A stretch of DNA of 64,000 nt. Source: Eledone cirrhosa (Eukaryota). The translations under genes were made by a program, and so were the position numbers. Shown here piece by piece: positions 41,982 to 59,281 of this stretch. Every line of letters starts with the position of its first letter. Within the stretch, counting starts at the first letter, position 1. Under the pieces are notes generated by a model that saw nothing but the letters and a program-made list of their open reading frames with translations, was not told where the DNA came from and did no database searches. Location: the NCBI GenBank assembly GCA_964016885.1, contig OZ024749.1, positions 33,914,001-33,978,000 on the forward strand, written 5' to 3'.

Positions 41982-42080
41982 TACATGCAAACACACACAT
42001 GTCCACACACGTATATACATACATATACAGATGCACACACATGCATACATATACGAGTATATATATACATATATATATAC

Positions 42081-42121
<41 letters not shown>

Positions 42122-42285
42122 TATACACACAAACATACACAAACACACACATATATATATACACATGCGTGTGTGTGTGTGTGTATGTATGAAGCACAGA
42201 TGCATGTTAAAGTATTATATGACTTAAAATATTGATTTCCATATCTGCAAGTCTCACACTAATGTAGATTACATATATCTAAACA

Positions 42286-42335
<50 letters not shown>

Positions 42336-42606
42336 GATTACGGAACACCTCTGTATTATGTTTTCCCCCCCATTAGGTGGCTGTTGCGGTCCGGTTACAT
42401 AAGTAGAGTTTGGGAAGATGGGTGGTCCGCGTTTGTTTTGCAGAATATGGGGGACGAGTATAGTTTGATTTGGTAGGAGCTATGGGTACAGGCTGGCGTT
42501 CGGTTTAGCGTTTTTGCTGAGTGTTAGTAGACTGATTGCAGCAATAATTTCTTACTTATATACATATATTACACACACACACAGATATATATATATATAT
42601 AAAAGT

Positions 42607-42820
42607 ATCGATCGATTTTCGTCAAATCGGACCGAGAAAACAATGTTTCCGTTGATCTTTCCAGTTGCTAAGTACTATCTATCGGTCGCAACTCCAAGTA
42701 GAAGGAGCAACGTGAAATAAAGTTTCTTGCTCAAGGACATAACGCATCGCCCGGTCCAGGAATCGAACTCACAACCTCAAGATTGTGAATCCAATGCTCT
42801 AACCACTCAGCCACACGCCT
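42607..42820 (-). mobile_element. SINE family C copy
   Basis: High identity to 28480-28697. Confidence 0.85.
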
Positions 42821-42958
42821 GGTAGAAGTAGTTCCACAACAGTTAGTTCACCATACTGAGAACAAATGTTTCACCTAATGAGGATCCGGACCGGGCTATG
42901 CTACCAAACTCGTCCCATGGACTGAGTGCTCTACTACTAGAAATATAACCCACCAGTG

Positions 42959-44675
<1,717 letters not shown>

Positions 44676-45175
44676 CATTAGTTAAGCAAATCAAGGCCAC
44701 AAATTTCATAAGGAAGACATTATTAAAAGATTGTCAACATATTTTAGTTTGATGTAAGGAATGTAGAGAATAATAATAATAATATTAATAATAATAATGT
44801 CCGTTTACAATTGTTTCGCTACTCCATATAATATTTCTGGATCAGATGACTATATATCATTATTGATCTGGTTCAGTTGAAAATAATTAACATATTTAAA
44901 AACAGAGCGGCTCATCGGAACTTCAAAGGAATATAAATTAAAATAAGGAGAGAATGTTACATAATGTAGTGTTCCATATATTGGTGTTTCACTATGGTGT
45001 CCTGGTTGTATCAGTTGTCAGCCATAATCAAGCAGTATTTATCTGTCGACGCTGCATTGTGTGAGATCTGCCTATGGGCAACAAGATGGCCGCCAAAGGA
45101 CATATTTACCTTACTAATTAAAGGGTGGTTTCAGAGGAATTTACTGGGGAATTTTAATGTGTATTTTAGGTTTTG

Positions 45176-45233
45176 CCGTCTGAAGAGCTGAGGCTGTCTT
45201 AACTGATAGTCCTCAGGGAAATATGTATAACGG
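45176..45233 (+). ncRNA. type I hammerhead ribozyme motif
   Basis: CCGT-CTGAAGA-G CTGAGG CTGTC TTAACT GATAG T CCTCAG G-GAAA TATGTA TA-ACGG. Confidence 0.8.
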
Positions 45234-45294
45234 AGTTTTAAATAAACCTGAATCAACCGAATATGGACCCCGATCTTTTATTAATATATATATT

Positions 45295-45390
<96 letters not shown>

Positions 45391-45471
45391 ATTATATGCA
45401 CATTAATACGTAGATATATATGCACACATGCACACATGTACAGCCCAATATACCCCCACACCACATCAAAC

Positions 45472-45510
<39 letters not shown>

Positions 45511-45660
45511 CCGGGAAAGACTGCCCTAACACCGGCCAGAGTTACCACCCTTGACCTGCTGCAAAATCAAAACAAGATATTTTTGCGAGCAATGAACCTT
45601 GATGTGGATTTAACCCCAAAAAACTCTTTCCGAGCAATATAAGGAACACTTGTGATTATT

Positions 45661-45705
45661 TATGCCCTTGAGAAGCCCAACTGGGCGAAACGTACGTAGG
45701 TGATA
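45661..45705 (+). ncRNA. degenerate hammerhead motif
   Basis: TATGCC-CTTGAGAA-GCCC AACT GGGC-GAAAC GTAC GTA-GGTGATA; stem II and palindromic stem III intact, 5' core mutated. Confidence 0.55.
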
Positions 45706-45920
45706 TTTTAAATAAACATGTTTTAACGGTCTATTCTCCGATTTTTTACTTTCCCACGTGCTTACGCTCTGCTAACTCTCTAGCCCACTAAATATTAACA
45801 CTTCGAATATTTAATACTGCTGGCACTAGTATCGAGCACCTTTGGCATACGCTACTTGGCAAATAACTATATGTATCACCTATCCCCCCCCTTTTTTTCT
45901 CTTTCTCGATACGTAAATAC

Positions 45921-46024
<104 letters not shown>

Positions 46025-46254
46025 TGCGCGTGGGTTTGTGGTTGTGATTGTGTGTGATTATATATATATGGAGAAGCTTTTCTTTGAAACGCCTCATTGA
46101 AAGTACACACACGCATGCGCGCGCACACACATACGTGCACATATACATACATATATACGCACACACACATATATATACACATACACATGCGCGCATGCAC
46201 ACACATAAAAATGTACATATACATATATATATGTGTGTGTGTGTGTTTATGTAT

Positions 46255-46970
<716 letters not shown>

Positions 46971-47941
46971 CCAATATATATAGCTCTCTATACGTGACGG
47001 TTGTTGCTGTTACTGAGTTTCCAAAGCTGTCATCCCCTTAAGTCATTATCCAATGCTGAAGACCATTAAGTGTTTAATTATATGTTAGCACCATAAAATT
47101 ACCATTAACTCTATGAAATAAAGCGGAAACGGTTTTGTTATTCCTGTTTAGAATTAACTCAATGGTCCTCCGTCAGTTTCGTCGATGAGTGTTTCATTTG
47201 TGTACTCAACGGAACAACCTCCTTATGAAATTAATTCTTGTAAGTAGCTGAGTATTCCGCAGACAGGTATTTCTAAATACTCATCACAGATCAGTTACTT
47301 CCACCTGTCAAATGCTCAACTCAATGGTCCTCCGTCAGTTTCGTCGATGAGTGTTTCCTTTGTTTGCTCAACGGAACAAACTCCTCATTGAATTAACTTA
47401 TAAGTAGCTCAGTATTCAACAGAGACGCGGAGAAAGGGAGGTGGGAGAGAGAGGGAGGGTTATGGGGGTGGGGAGAGGAAGAAGGAGATAGAGAGGTGAG
47501 GTGAGGAGAGGGGTGTGGAGAGAGTGAATTAGTTGGGGGAAGAGAGGGAGAGAGATGTGGTTAGAGGTGAGAAGAGAAAGAGATTGGGAGAGAGAGGTTG
47601 GGAGAGGAAGCGGTAGAGAGAACTGATGTGGATAGAGAGAGGGAGAGAGGTGGAGAAAGAGATGTGGAGAGAAAGGGAGATTGAGAGAGAGAGAGAGTAA
47701 GAGAGAGAGAAAGAGAGAGAGAGGAATGGGGAGCAAGAAGTGTGGATAAAAGACATTTTAATTGATGGTTGGAAAGATTTAGTGGGAAATCTAAAATAGA
47801 ATTATGAAGACAATGTCCATTAGAAGGACAAGGAATGTTACACTCCAAAGTAAATTACTGATTATAAGAATTCATAGCGTGGACACAAGTGGCAGAAGCT
47901 ACACGAATAGGCATTGGTGTAGTTACGTGAATAGAAGTCAA

Positions 47942-48122
47942 GGATTGGCAGTATCGGTAGAGGGTCGGACGCCATGCTTTCCAGCATAGTTACGTCCCTT
48001 TACGATCTGAGTTCAAATCCCGCCGAGGTTGACTTTGCCTTTCATCCTTACGGGGTAGATAAAATAAAGTACCAATAATGAACTGGGTAATTTGCTGGCC
48101 TTGTGCCTAAAGTAGAAACAAA
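47942..48122 (+). mobile_element. SINE family A copy
   Basis: Near-consensus; B-box GAGTTCAAATCC. Confidence 0.85.
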
Positions 48123-48539
48123 TATATATTTGTTAGATCGCTTAATTCGCTAAGATTGGATAAAACTGTTTAATCTATGTTGAATTGTAATTCAGAACGT
48201 ATTGTGATTCACGTGATCACACACAGATATATAATATAGTACTCTAGTCTTACTAGCCACTGATTTCATTACAATTATTGATGATAAATGTTTATATAAA
48301 TATAAAACCGTCGTAAAATATAGTAACTTTGCAAATAAAACAACTTCTTGATTGCTTAATTGATGTCTCATAGGATTTCAGTATAGAGTTATACACCAAC
48401 AAAGTACTGGCATTTGAATATATTGCTGCCACAATGCGAATAACTACAATGATTTTTTGATAACTATAGATAATAGAACAATAAATCAGTATGTTAAATG
48501 GTGTTTAGAAACTACTGGTATATCATAAATTGGGTGTAA

Positions 48540-48742
48540 TAATAATAATAATTGTTTCTACTTTTTGGCACAAGGCCAGCAATTACCCAGTACATTACTG
48601 GTACTTTATTTTATCGACCCCCCGTAAGGATGAAAGGCAAAGTTAACCTCGGCGGGATTTTAACTCAGATCATAAAGGGCCGTAACTCTATGCTGCAAAG
48701 CACGGCGTCCGACTCTCTACCGATACTGCGAATCCACCGCTC
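48540..48742 (-). mobile_element. SINE family A copy
   Basis: Near-consensus with (ATT)n tail. Confidence 0.85.
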
Positions 48743-48836
48743 TTTAACAACAACAACAACAACAACAACAACAAAAGGTATGAATTAAAAAATAAATAAA
48801 TAACTACACTGCCCCAGTGAGAGTGTGTGTCCGTGA

Positions 48837-48875
<39 letters not shown>

Positions 48876-49924
48876 CAGTTCCGAACACAAAGGAACCAAA
48901 CTCCCACTATCACTGCCTCCGTCCCTCCCACTCTCCCCATCTCTCATTATTATGATCAAATGGGGGACCACACGCTGGCCGCCTCGCCGCCCCGGTGGAC
49001 AGATCACAGAAAGCGTTTCCCCGAAGGATGGTTACAGTCATTCAACATGTTATAGCGTTAGTCTGCGTATTTCCAACGAGTGAGCGTAGAAAGTCACGTA
49101 TAAAGTCATGAAAACACAACTATTTTGTCCCTTATGTCTGGATATTTATATAACTAGGATTTTTTTCAACACGCTGACGCGTATATGTGTATGTGCATCT
49201 GCATACATTTATATGTATGAGTATATAAATATAAAAGTGCAAACACAGACACACTTACAAAAATACACACTCAGACATACATTCACACAAACATACACAT
49301 ACATTCACACATACACAGCATAACAAATGGAATACCAGCCGCTATTTTGCTATACTTCTTTCACCACCCTCTACACACACATACATTCACGCAGGCAGCA
49401 GATGTAAAGAGCGAGGAGAAGTATGAGGTAATCCAACTACTTTTCTCTCTTTACCTGTTGTGACAGAATCACAGAAATTTATAAATAGATGAGGATTATC
49501 CTGTAGATTTTTGCTGTTTCGAAACTTTCACTCCATATTTCAGACACATTTTATAAAGAAGCATCTGGTAGCTTACAGAACACTTAATGGTTTTCAGAGA
49601 CAAGCCAACCATATGACAGGTCGGCTTTTCATATCATAGAAGATATTTGCTAAGATATGACAACTTCTATAATTTTATCCAACGCTATAGATGTAATGAA
49701 AGCTTTGATGAGTCAACAGGAATTTCTGTTTTCAATATAGAACTGTCATGATTCCATATTATTAGAGCCAGAAAAATATTTTTAATGAATACGTTAAACA
49801 TTTTGTGACAAGGGATGAAATGTTGGTTAGTAGGTGTTCCAAGCAGAAACATGTGAACTGTTGCACTATCAAGAAAATTACATTTTCTATGACAAACACA
49901 ATAGTAGTTAGGGTGTTTAACATA

Positions 49925-52160
49925 CACCACGGACGACACCATCATCACCAATACCATCAAAACCAGCACCAACAACACATCAACATCAACAACAGCACCA
50001 ACGCTAAAAACGCCACACCAGCACCAACAACACATCAACACCAACGACATCAATATCACCAACAACAACAGCAACAACACCAACACCAACACCAACAGCA
50101 CATCAACACCAACACCAACAACAGCAACAACACCAACACCAACAACACATCAACACCAACACCAACAATATCACCAACACCATACCAACACCAACAACAC
50201 ATCAACACCAACGATATCAATATCAACACCAACAACACATCAACACCAACACCAACAACACATCAACACCAACACCAACACCAACACCAACAACACATCA
50301 ACACCAACAACACACCAACACCAACAACACATCAACACCAACACCAACAACACACCAACACCAACAACATACCAACACCAACACCAACAACACATCAACA
50401 CCAACACCAACACCAACAACACATCAACACCAACACCAACAACACATCAACACCAACAACACATCAACACCAACGACATCAATATCAACAACAACACCAA
50501 CACCAACACCAACAACACATCAACACCAACACCAACACAACACCAACAACACATCAACACCAACAACACACCAACACCAACACCAACAACACATCAACAC
50601 CAACAACACATCAACACCAACGACATCAATATCAACAACAACACCAACACCAACAACACATCAACACCAACACCAACACAACACCAACAACACATCAACA
50701 CCAACAACACACCAACACCAACAACACATCAACACCAACAACACATCAACACCAACAACACATCAACACCAACACCAACAACACCAACAACACATCAACA
50801 CCAACAACACACCAACACCAACACCAACAACACATCAACACCAACAACACATCAACACCAACGACATCAATATCAACAACAACACCAACACCAACAACAC
50901 ATCAACACCAACACCAACACAACACCAACAACACATCAACACCAACAACACACCAACACCAACAACACATCAACACCAACAACACATCAACACCAACAAC
51001 ACATCAACACCAACACCAACACCAACACCAACAACACATCAACACCAACAACACACCAACACCAACACCAACAACACCAACACCAACAACACATCAACAC
51101 CAACACCAACACCAACACCACCAACACCAACAACACATCAACACCAACACCAACAACACATCAACACCAACGACATCAATGTCACCATCAACAACAACAC
51201 CAACACCAACATGACCACCACTACCAACATCATTACCGCAATCGCTATCAACACCATCACCATCAATACCATTAACCCCACCATGACCGCCAACACCACC
51301 AACACCACCAAAACGACAACCACCACTAACACCGCCAACACCACCAACTACACCAACACCATCAACACAATCAACACAATCAACACCACCAACACCACCA
51401 ACACCAACACCACGACCACCACCAACACCACCAATACCACCAACTACACCAACACCACCAACACTACAACCACCACCAACACCATCAATACCACCAACTA
51501 CACCAACACCACCAACACCACCAACACTACAACCACCACCAACACCACCAATACCACCAATACCACCAACTCCACCGGCACCATCAACACCGCAACCACC
51601 ACCAACACCACCAAAACCACCATTACCGCCAACACCATCAACACCACCAACATCACCAACCCCACCACTACCACCAACCCCACCACTACCACCAACATCA
51701 CCATCACTTTCACCATCACCATCAATACTACAATCATCATCATCATCATCACTATCAACACCACCACTACCACCACCACCACCACCACCATCAACACCAC
51801 CACTACCACCACCACCATCAACACCACCAACACCACCACCGTCACCACTAACACTACCACCAACACCATCACCACCAACACCATCAACACCACCAACACC
51901 ACCACCATCACCACTAACACTACCACCAACACCATCACCACCAACACCACCACCAACACCATCACCATCAATACTACCACCATCATCATCATCAACATTA
52001 TCAACACCACCACAACACCATCACCACCAACACCACCACCAACACCATCACCAACACCATCACCACCAACACCACCACCAACACCACCACCAACACCATC
52101 GCCAACACCATCACCATCAATACTACCACCACCATCATCATCAACAACACTATCAGCACC
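49925..52160. repeat. ~2.2-kb C/A-rich compound satellite (CAACAC/CAACAACACAT units, then (CAC/CAA/CAT)n)
   Basis: Direct reading; yields the T/H/Q/N low-complexity ORFs. Confidence 0.9.
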
Positions 52161-52467
52161 ATTAAGACAATGTGACAGAATACGATGCATGACAGCTGTA
52201 TTTCCGTAGTAGACATAAATATAATAGATAGATTGAAGACGAGGCTAAAAAATATAACATGAACAACAGTAGAACGCCTGTGGTAACTGAAGCTTTATAT
52301 TGCAGATGCATTCTAATTACATAAGAACGTGACAATCTTTCATTGGCTGGTTCCTGCTGTTACCGTTGGCTACTACATACAAACCTCACTGCATGCTTGT
52401 ATACATAGATATATACATAGACACATAAACATATATAGATACATATATACATAGACGCACATATATA

Positions 52468-53291
52468 TGGTGGCTGCCAACTCGTTTTCGAGTACGGCCA
52501 CTACTTTATATCCATGTAGGAGAACCCCTACCGATGCGCTGAACGAGTGTGACTTTTTAGTCCAGCCAGCGACTTGAAAACTCTGGTACAAACACTACAC
52601 TTGCGACAATTACTGACACATAGTGCTATGCCCATGGTACCATGTGACGCACATATATATACATACATACATACATGGTGGCTGCCAACTCGTTTTCGAG
52701 TACGGCCACTACTTTATATCCATGTAGGAGAACCCCTACCGATGCGCTGAACGAATGTGACTTTTTAGTCCAGCCAGCGACTTGAAAACTCTGGTACAAA
52801 CACTACACTTGTGACCATTATTGACACATAGTGCAGGGCCCATGGTACCATGTGATGACAAGTGCAGAGAGATCTGCAGATATAAAGCAATGCCTGTGCT
52901 GTGAAGCTTTTATAGTGAGCAAAGGCACTGCACAAAGCCAGTCCCACTCTCTTAACCAAGATGATATTTACCAAAAAGAAGAACAAGTCAACATCATTGG
53001 ATACCATCAGGGTTGCAGGTGTTATATCAGAGTTTTCCTTCTCCTAGAATTCTGCCTTGACAAAGGCTAAGGGGTCATCTCTCCCGGTGATTTTGGATGG
53101 CTATTGACTCTTAAGAGCTCCCTTGCCCTTTGACAGGTTTTGTTTTTAGTCCTGCAGGATGTCCAAAGTCACCCTCCTCACCAAGAAACCTTGGTGGGGT
53201 TGCCAGTTTAGTCGCCAACGACCCGACCATGAGACAGGTTGTACTGCGATACATGTTACCAGTAGCACCAGTAGCACCAACTGGTGACCTG
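52468..53291 (-). mobile_element. RTE-related short element (52676-53291) plus a tandem 3' fragment (52468-52648)
   Basis: Minus strand: RTE-like 5' UTR motif CTAGGAGAAGGAAAACTCTGA, then ORF end CSVCTRVFKSLAGLKSH(I/T)RSAHR*, 3' end GGCAGCCACC with (ATGT)n tail. Confidence 0.65.
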
Positions 53292-53734
53292 ACATACATA
53301 CATACATACATACATACATAAACATGCATAAACCTGACATACATACATACATACATACATAAACATGCATACATACACATATACATAGACACATAAACAT
53401 ATATAGATACATATATACATAGACACACATATATATACATACATACATACATAGATACATAAACATACATACATACACATATACATAGACACATAAACAT
53501 ACATACATATATACATAGACACATATGCATTGACACATAAACATACATAGACACGTATAAATGGACACATAAACATACATACATATATACATACATATAT
53601 ACATACATACAGCATACATACACACAAATATACATACATAGATTCATATATACACATACACACATATATATATATACACATATATATATAGGGTGTCCCA
53701 AAAAATGTACACACACTTCAACAGCATTCTAATA

Positions 53735-54005
53735 AATATTTCCTGTACAGGTACTCAAATCTCTCAAAGAGATGTTCTGAATGTCCTGAAGCAGGCGAGT
53801 GTAAGTGCCATAAAGTGCTTTTGTTGTTTGGATGAAAGCGTCCATGTTTCCCTTCCATATAGCAAGAATCGTTGGAATGTTACTTGGAAGAGTCTGATCT
53901 TGGCGTGGTTGGAAAGATTTGAGCGCCAAACTCGATCAATCTTGTTGCAAGCTAACCATGCTTGGGCCTTTCTGGTGGCGAAATCCTTCTCGGAGTAATA
54001 GCTTG
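53735..54005 (-). mobile_element. RTE/RTE-X LINE post-RT fragment
   Basis: SEKDFATRKAQAWLACNKIDRVWRSNL..KIRLF..LLYGRETWTL..YTRLL..QNIS. Confidence 0.85.
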
Positions 54006-54425
54006 GCAGTGCTGCTCTTATAAAACCCACTATTATACCTGCTCACAAAACATAGTAGCCATAGAAGTACTAGTATCTCAGTAGAGTCGATTTAATCGAA
54101 TTCCCCCTTTACTTTGAAATTGCTGGCCTTGTGCCAGATGTAGAGACAATTATTGTTTTTATCATTTTACCGTATTGAGAGGGCGGGAGATTGGCTGTGT
54201 CGGTAGAGGGTCGGACGCCATGCTTTGCAGTCGATTTAATCGACTTCCCCCCAACCAAATTGCTGGCCTTGTGCCTATATAAGAAACCATTATTTTACCG
54301 CATTGTAAGCAACAGTAGAAGAAAAATGCCGGTTGCACCAAGTATCGTTATTTTAAAAATAAATAAGAATGTAAAAGTGCTGAGGTGTAAAGAAATATGG
54401 AGCTAGTACCAGACGCAATCCCTCT

Positions 54426-54466
<41 letters not shown>

Positions 54467-54469
54467 AAG

Positions 54470-54550
<81 letters not shown>

Positions 54551-55519
54551 TGTGTGTGTGGGGGTGCCCATACAATATGAAATATTTCGTCATTTAATAC
54601 AATAAAAACAGAGTCTACACTGCTAACTCCTCAGTAAACTTATATCTAACAATAAACACTATAACAGAAACATCATATGTAAAACGATATCAAAAAATAA
54701 CACACACATCACTAGAAAGAATAACAATTTCGCTTTCCTTTCTATGAGAAAATATCTTATTCTAAACAGTGCTGTGCACTATTTTGATAGTCTATTTAGC
54801 AGGCAAAGTGGACAAGTTTGTTGTTTAACCCACGGTTAATGATGATTGAAGAAACCCATAACTAAGACGTTCCGGCCATGACAGTGCTTTTACATAATGT
54901 TTTTCTTAGGTCTGATGTACCTAGTGAAAATGCAAAGCTAAGTGATTACGGTGTTAGATTCCTGGACAGGGTACTGCTTTGAGTTCTTGAGCAAAACACT
55001 TCATTTCACGTTGCTCCAGTACAGAAAATTAGTACCCAAATTAACTGAGTTAACCCAGTGATGGACCTGCGTCCTGTCCTGGAGAGAGTCTTGTACACTC
55101 AGATGGTGGCTGAACACCCAGCCGCCGTCTCTTCATCTCTCTCTATATATATATTTATAAATATATATATTACTTGTCGAAACGATAAGAGTTCAGCCGT
55201 CAGGCCCTCACTCTCTGCTATATATATATATTACTATATTTTCAGGCTATATTACAACAACATGACCCTCCCCAAATATAACAATATATGTTTCAACACA
55301 CGATTTCATATCAAAAACCTTGCAAAACAAACATATATAAATACGTATGCATGTATATATTTAATGTATTTATATGTGTTTACGCATGTATGCGTTTTTA
55401 TACCCATACACACGTATCAATGACGTCTTATATTTAGACAGAAGTCTAGGAATTTCAAGGGGAGGGATTAAGTCGATTAAATCGACTCCAGTTCTTCACA
55501 TTATGTTGACTGGTATATG

Positions 55520-55668
55520 AGGGTGGTGGATTGGCAGTATCGGTAGAGGGTCGGACGCCATGTTTTTGCAGTATAGAGTTACGGTCATTTACAGTCTGAG
55601 TTCAAATCCCGCCGAGGTTAACTTTGCCTTTCAGCCTTATGGGGTCGATAAAATAAAGCACCAGTATC
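55520..55668 (+). mobile_element. SINE family A copy (cluster of fragments 55445-56000)
   Basis: Family A consensus. Confidence 0.8.
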
Positions 55669-56237
55669 GTAGGGGGAGAGAGGGGAGAGAGAGAGAGTAT
55701 GTGTGATATTAAGAGGAAGCAACATCACTAAAGTACTTGCCTAAATAATTATTGATATCGAAAGCCTGGAAAGCAAATTCGGCCTCGGTAGGATTTGAAC
55801 TTCAAAAGCTAGAACAAATATCACGTGTCATATTGTCTGACTTTCTAAACATTCTACAAATCTGCTACTTTGTATTAATTAAATGAAATTAAGGATGAAA
55901 GGCGAGGTTAACTTTGCCTTTCATCCTTACGGGGTCGATAAAATAAAGTACCAGTAATGTACTGGTAATTGTCCGGCCTTGTGCCTAACGTAGAAACAAT
56001 TAATTAAATGAAATGAAAAATAAATTTAAATTTATATTTCAAACCTATGCAGAATTAATTGCTCCCCCACGAGGGGGGAAGCTCATAAGGAGCGTCTTGG
56101 ATACTTTTAATGATAGGGTCCGCAGCCTTATCATGAAATGTAACGTGAAATGGAGCGTTTTATTCAAGAAAACAGTGAGCTGTCTGTTCTAGGAATTGAA
56201 CCTAAGACATGATCACACATTCAACACACACTCTCTT

Positions 56238-56358
<121 letters not shown>

Positions 56359-56553
56359 ACTAGAGATTGATTGAATAACTAGAGATTGATTTTACAAGTG
56401 TGTAACCACACATAGCTAGGTAGGTAACTAAATAAAGTTGACCAGAACTTCAAAAATAGATACCTTATTTTGCGGGTGATATGGCGCATGTCTTTCTGGC
56501 ATGACACCCATAATTTTGATTTAGATTAAATTCATTTGATTTATCTTAATTTT

Positions 56554-56620
<67 letters not shown>

Positions 56621-56625
<5 letters not shown>

Positions 56626-57036
56626 GTTAATATAAATTAATATATTTGATAAACACAAATACCAACATATCCGTGTTTGTATTGTAAATGACTAAGTTAG
56701 CTAGATTGAAAAATACTAATTATAATGATACAGTTTGCCTGTCTCGATTTAAAATAATAAATCAATAAAAACAAAGCATATTGGCAAATGGCCGTGGTGC
56801 TTGGACAAATTTAAATTTCTACGGAACAGGTTTGATTTTGAAATTTAAATTTGTCCAAGCACCACGGCCATTTGCCAATATGCTTTGTTTTTATTGATTT
56901 ATTATTTTAAATCGAGACAGGCAAACTGTATTATTATAATTAGTATTTTTCAATCTAGCTAACTTAGTCATTTACAATACAAACACGGATATGTTGGTAT
57001 TTGTGCATCAAATATATTAATTTATATTAACTTGTA
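56621..57036. repeat. long inverted repeat, ~198-bp arms, 20-bp spacer, left arm abutting (TA)n (family P6)
   Basis: 56621-56819 inverted to 56840-57036; single-arm relatives at 60095-60302 and 6188-6282. Confidence 0.92.
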
Positions 57037-57115
57037 TTACACGGCTCAGAAATACTTCTTTCTTTGAGCTATTTCATTGTAAAGGGCTGCCTGAGTTTTG
57101 AACTCATTATTAATA

Positions 57116-57172
<57 letters not shown>

Positions 57173-57199
57173 TATGTATGTATATATATATACATACAT

Positions 57200-57550
57200 A
57201 TAACACCTGCAACCCTGATGGTATCCAATGATATTGACTTGTTCTTCTTTTTGGTAAATATCATCTTGGTTAAGAGAGTGGGACTGGCTTTGTGCAGTGC
57301 CTTTGCTCACTATAAAAGCTTCACGGCACAGGCATTGCTTTATATCTGGAGATCTCTCTGCACTTGTCGTCACATGGTACCATGGGCCCAGCACTATGTG
57401 ACAATAATTGTCACAAGTGTAGTGTTTGTACCAGAGTTTTCAAGTTGCTGGCTGGACTAAAAAGTCACACTCGTTCAGCGCATCGGTAGGGGTTCTCCTA
57501 CATGGATATAAAGTAGTGGCCGTACTCGAAAACGAGTTGCCAGCCACCAT
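57200..57550 (+). mobile_element. 5'-truncated copy of the RTE-related short element
   Basis: Reverse complement of 52676-53025 at high identity. Confidence 0.8.
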
Positions 57551-57628
57551 ATATATATATGATATAGAAATGGCTTCTTACTTACTGTGGTTACCCCCGA
57601 TTGAACCCGAGATACAAACACACACACA

Positions 57629-57667
<39 letters not shown>

Positions 57668-57672
<5 letters not shown>

Positions 57673-57861
57673 AACGAGTAGGACCCCGACGGCTGAGCTC
57701 AAGCCGTTTCGACGGCTAATTCAGTCCAGAATTAGCCGTCGAAACGGCTTGAGCTCAGCCGTCGGGGTCCTACTCGTTCCTATTACCCACTCTACTACCC
57801 TAAGTATTGAGTACTTTGATGCGTTATGGTCCACCTGGTTCCTTACCACATTTCCTTCGTT
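57668..57861 (+). mobile_element. family P2 copy, perfect hairpin with the same junction as 37974
   Basis: Loop AGTCCA 57723-57728; both arms carry private variants GAACGAGTAGGAC/GTCCTACTCGTTC. Confidence 0.88.
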
Positions 57862-58013
57862 ATATATATATATATATATATATAACAGTCGATCAAATAA
57901 GGTCTCTGACCTCATTCGCTTAACGAGTTGGGTGGAGCTCGTCAAGTCGGACAGAGAAACAATGTTTCCTTGGTCTTTCCAATTACTAGTATTATCTGCT
58001 GGTCGCAAATCCA

Positions 58014-58061
<48 letters not shown>

Positions 58062-58671
58062 GCATACACACATAACACATTTATGTATAGTGAGAGAGAG
58101 GAGGGAAGGGAGAAACAGGTGAAAAAGAGAGAGAAATAGAGAGAGAGAAATAGAAAAAGAAATGTGTAGTTAATTTTGTATTTTTTCTGGTTGCCTTTGA
58201 TGCAAGATAGATGGCGCCAGGTTTGATCAACAAGCGGTTTCCTCCAGGTTGTGAGGTGCAACAGTAAAATATAAGATACTTTTGCCTAATGGTGTTATTA
58301 TTTACTGAACTGACAGAGAAGACAATTTCATAAATATATCGTATTTTCTTGCTGAAAAATTTCGGTGAGGATGTATCGTTTATGGTAAACTGAGAATTTG
58401 TACCTTGAAACAAATCAAAAAATGTACTTGTTACTTTCTTTATCTTAGATCCAGCCTAGCTTACTTCAGCTGGCTTCAAGCATATATACACAGAGATACC
58501 AACCTCTAAAAATCCAAAGAGGGGGGGAGTGCATTTTAAACCTATGCAGATTTAATTGATCTCCTTCGAAGTTGCAGCTCATAAGAAGCTTCTTATCATG
58601 AAATGTAACGTGGAATGAATTGCTTTGTTCAAGAAAACAGTGAGTTGTCTGTTCTAGAAATTGAACTTCAA

Positions 58672-58868
58672 CAGACCTGCCAACCTCTAAAAACCCAAAT
58701 GGGGAGTTCCATGAAAAAAAAAGTGCCCCAAAACGGGGAGAAATGGGGCAAAATGGGGAGATTTTACATGATGAAAGTTATACTCATTTTCACAAGAGAA
58801 GACTTCTCTCATCCAGCCCAAAGTGGATGGGAGATCACCCTGGCGGACGAGAAGAGTTGACAGGTCTG
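58672..58868. mobile_element. MITE (non-autonomous DNA transposon)
   Basis: TIRs CAGACCTGCCAACCTCT / AGAGTTGACAGGTCTG; TSD degenerate. Confidence 0.65.
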
Positions 58869-58966
58869 TAACATCCAAACGTTTAGACTCTTTTCCTACT
58901 ATATCAAGCGTAAAACTAATATATTTTTCCATTTTACTGTGTCGTTTGCTTTGTAGTTTCTGTATT

Positions 58967-59033
<67 letters not shown>

Positions 59034-59171
59034 GCACACACACACAAATATGAATATATATATTTATTTATTTATCCCGGGTAACCACAGTAAGTAAGGA
59101 ACTCAATACATATCAGAGTATAAATATTTAATATAAAAATGGCTTCTACGGGAAAAGAACTGTTTCATTCG

Positions 59172-59223
59172 GGCTTTCCTGATGATTTCCTCCGAATCAA
59201 ACAGTTCAGGTCCTGTAGAAGCC
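59172..59223 (+). ncRNA. family P3 hammerhead with full stem I, inactivating GAAA>CAAA
   Basis: GGCTTTC-CTGATGA-TTTC CTCC GAAT-CAAACAG TTCAGGTC CTGTA-GAAGCC; lies in the fold-back 59130-59234. Confidence 0.7.
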
Positions 59224-59230
59224 ATTTCTA

Positions 59231-59281
<51 letters not shown>

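Noticed and set aside
47157-47415. ~165-bp tandem duplication
   Set aside because: Explained as duplicated 3' fragments of SINE family B
49805-52209. Mucin-like T/H/Q/N-rich ORFs of 469 and 332 aa
   Set aside because: C/A satellite lacking stops by composition; repeat phase shifts between frames; no signal peptide or splice evidence
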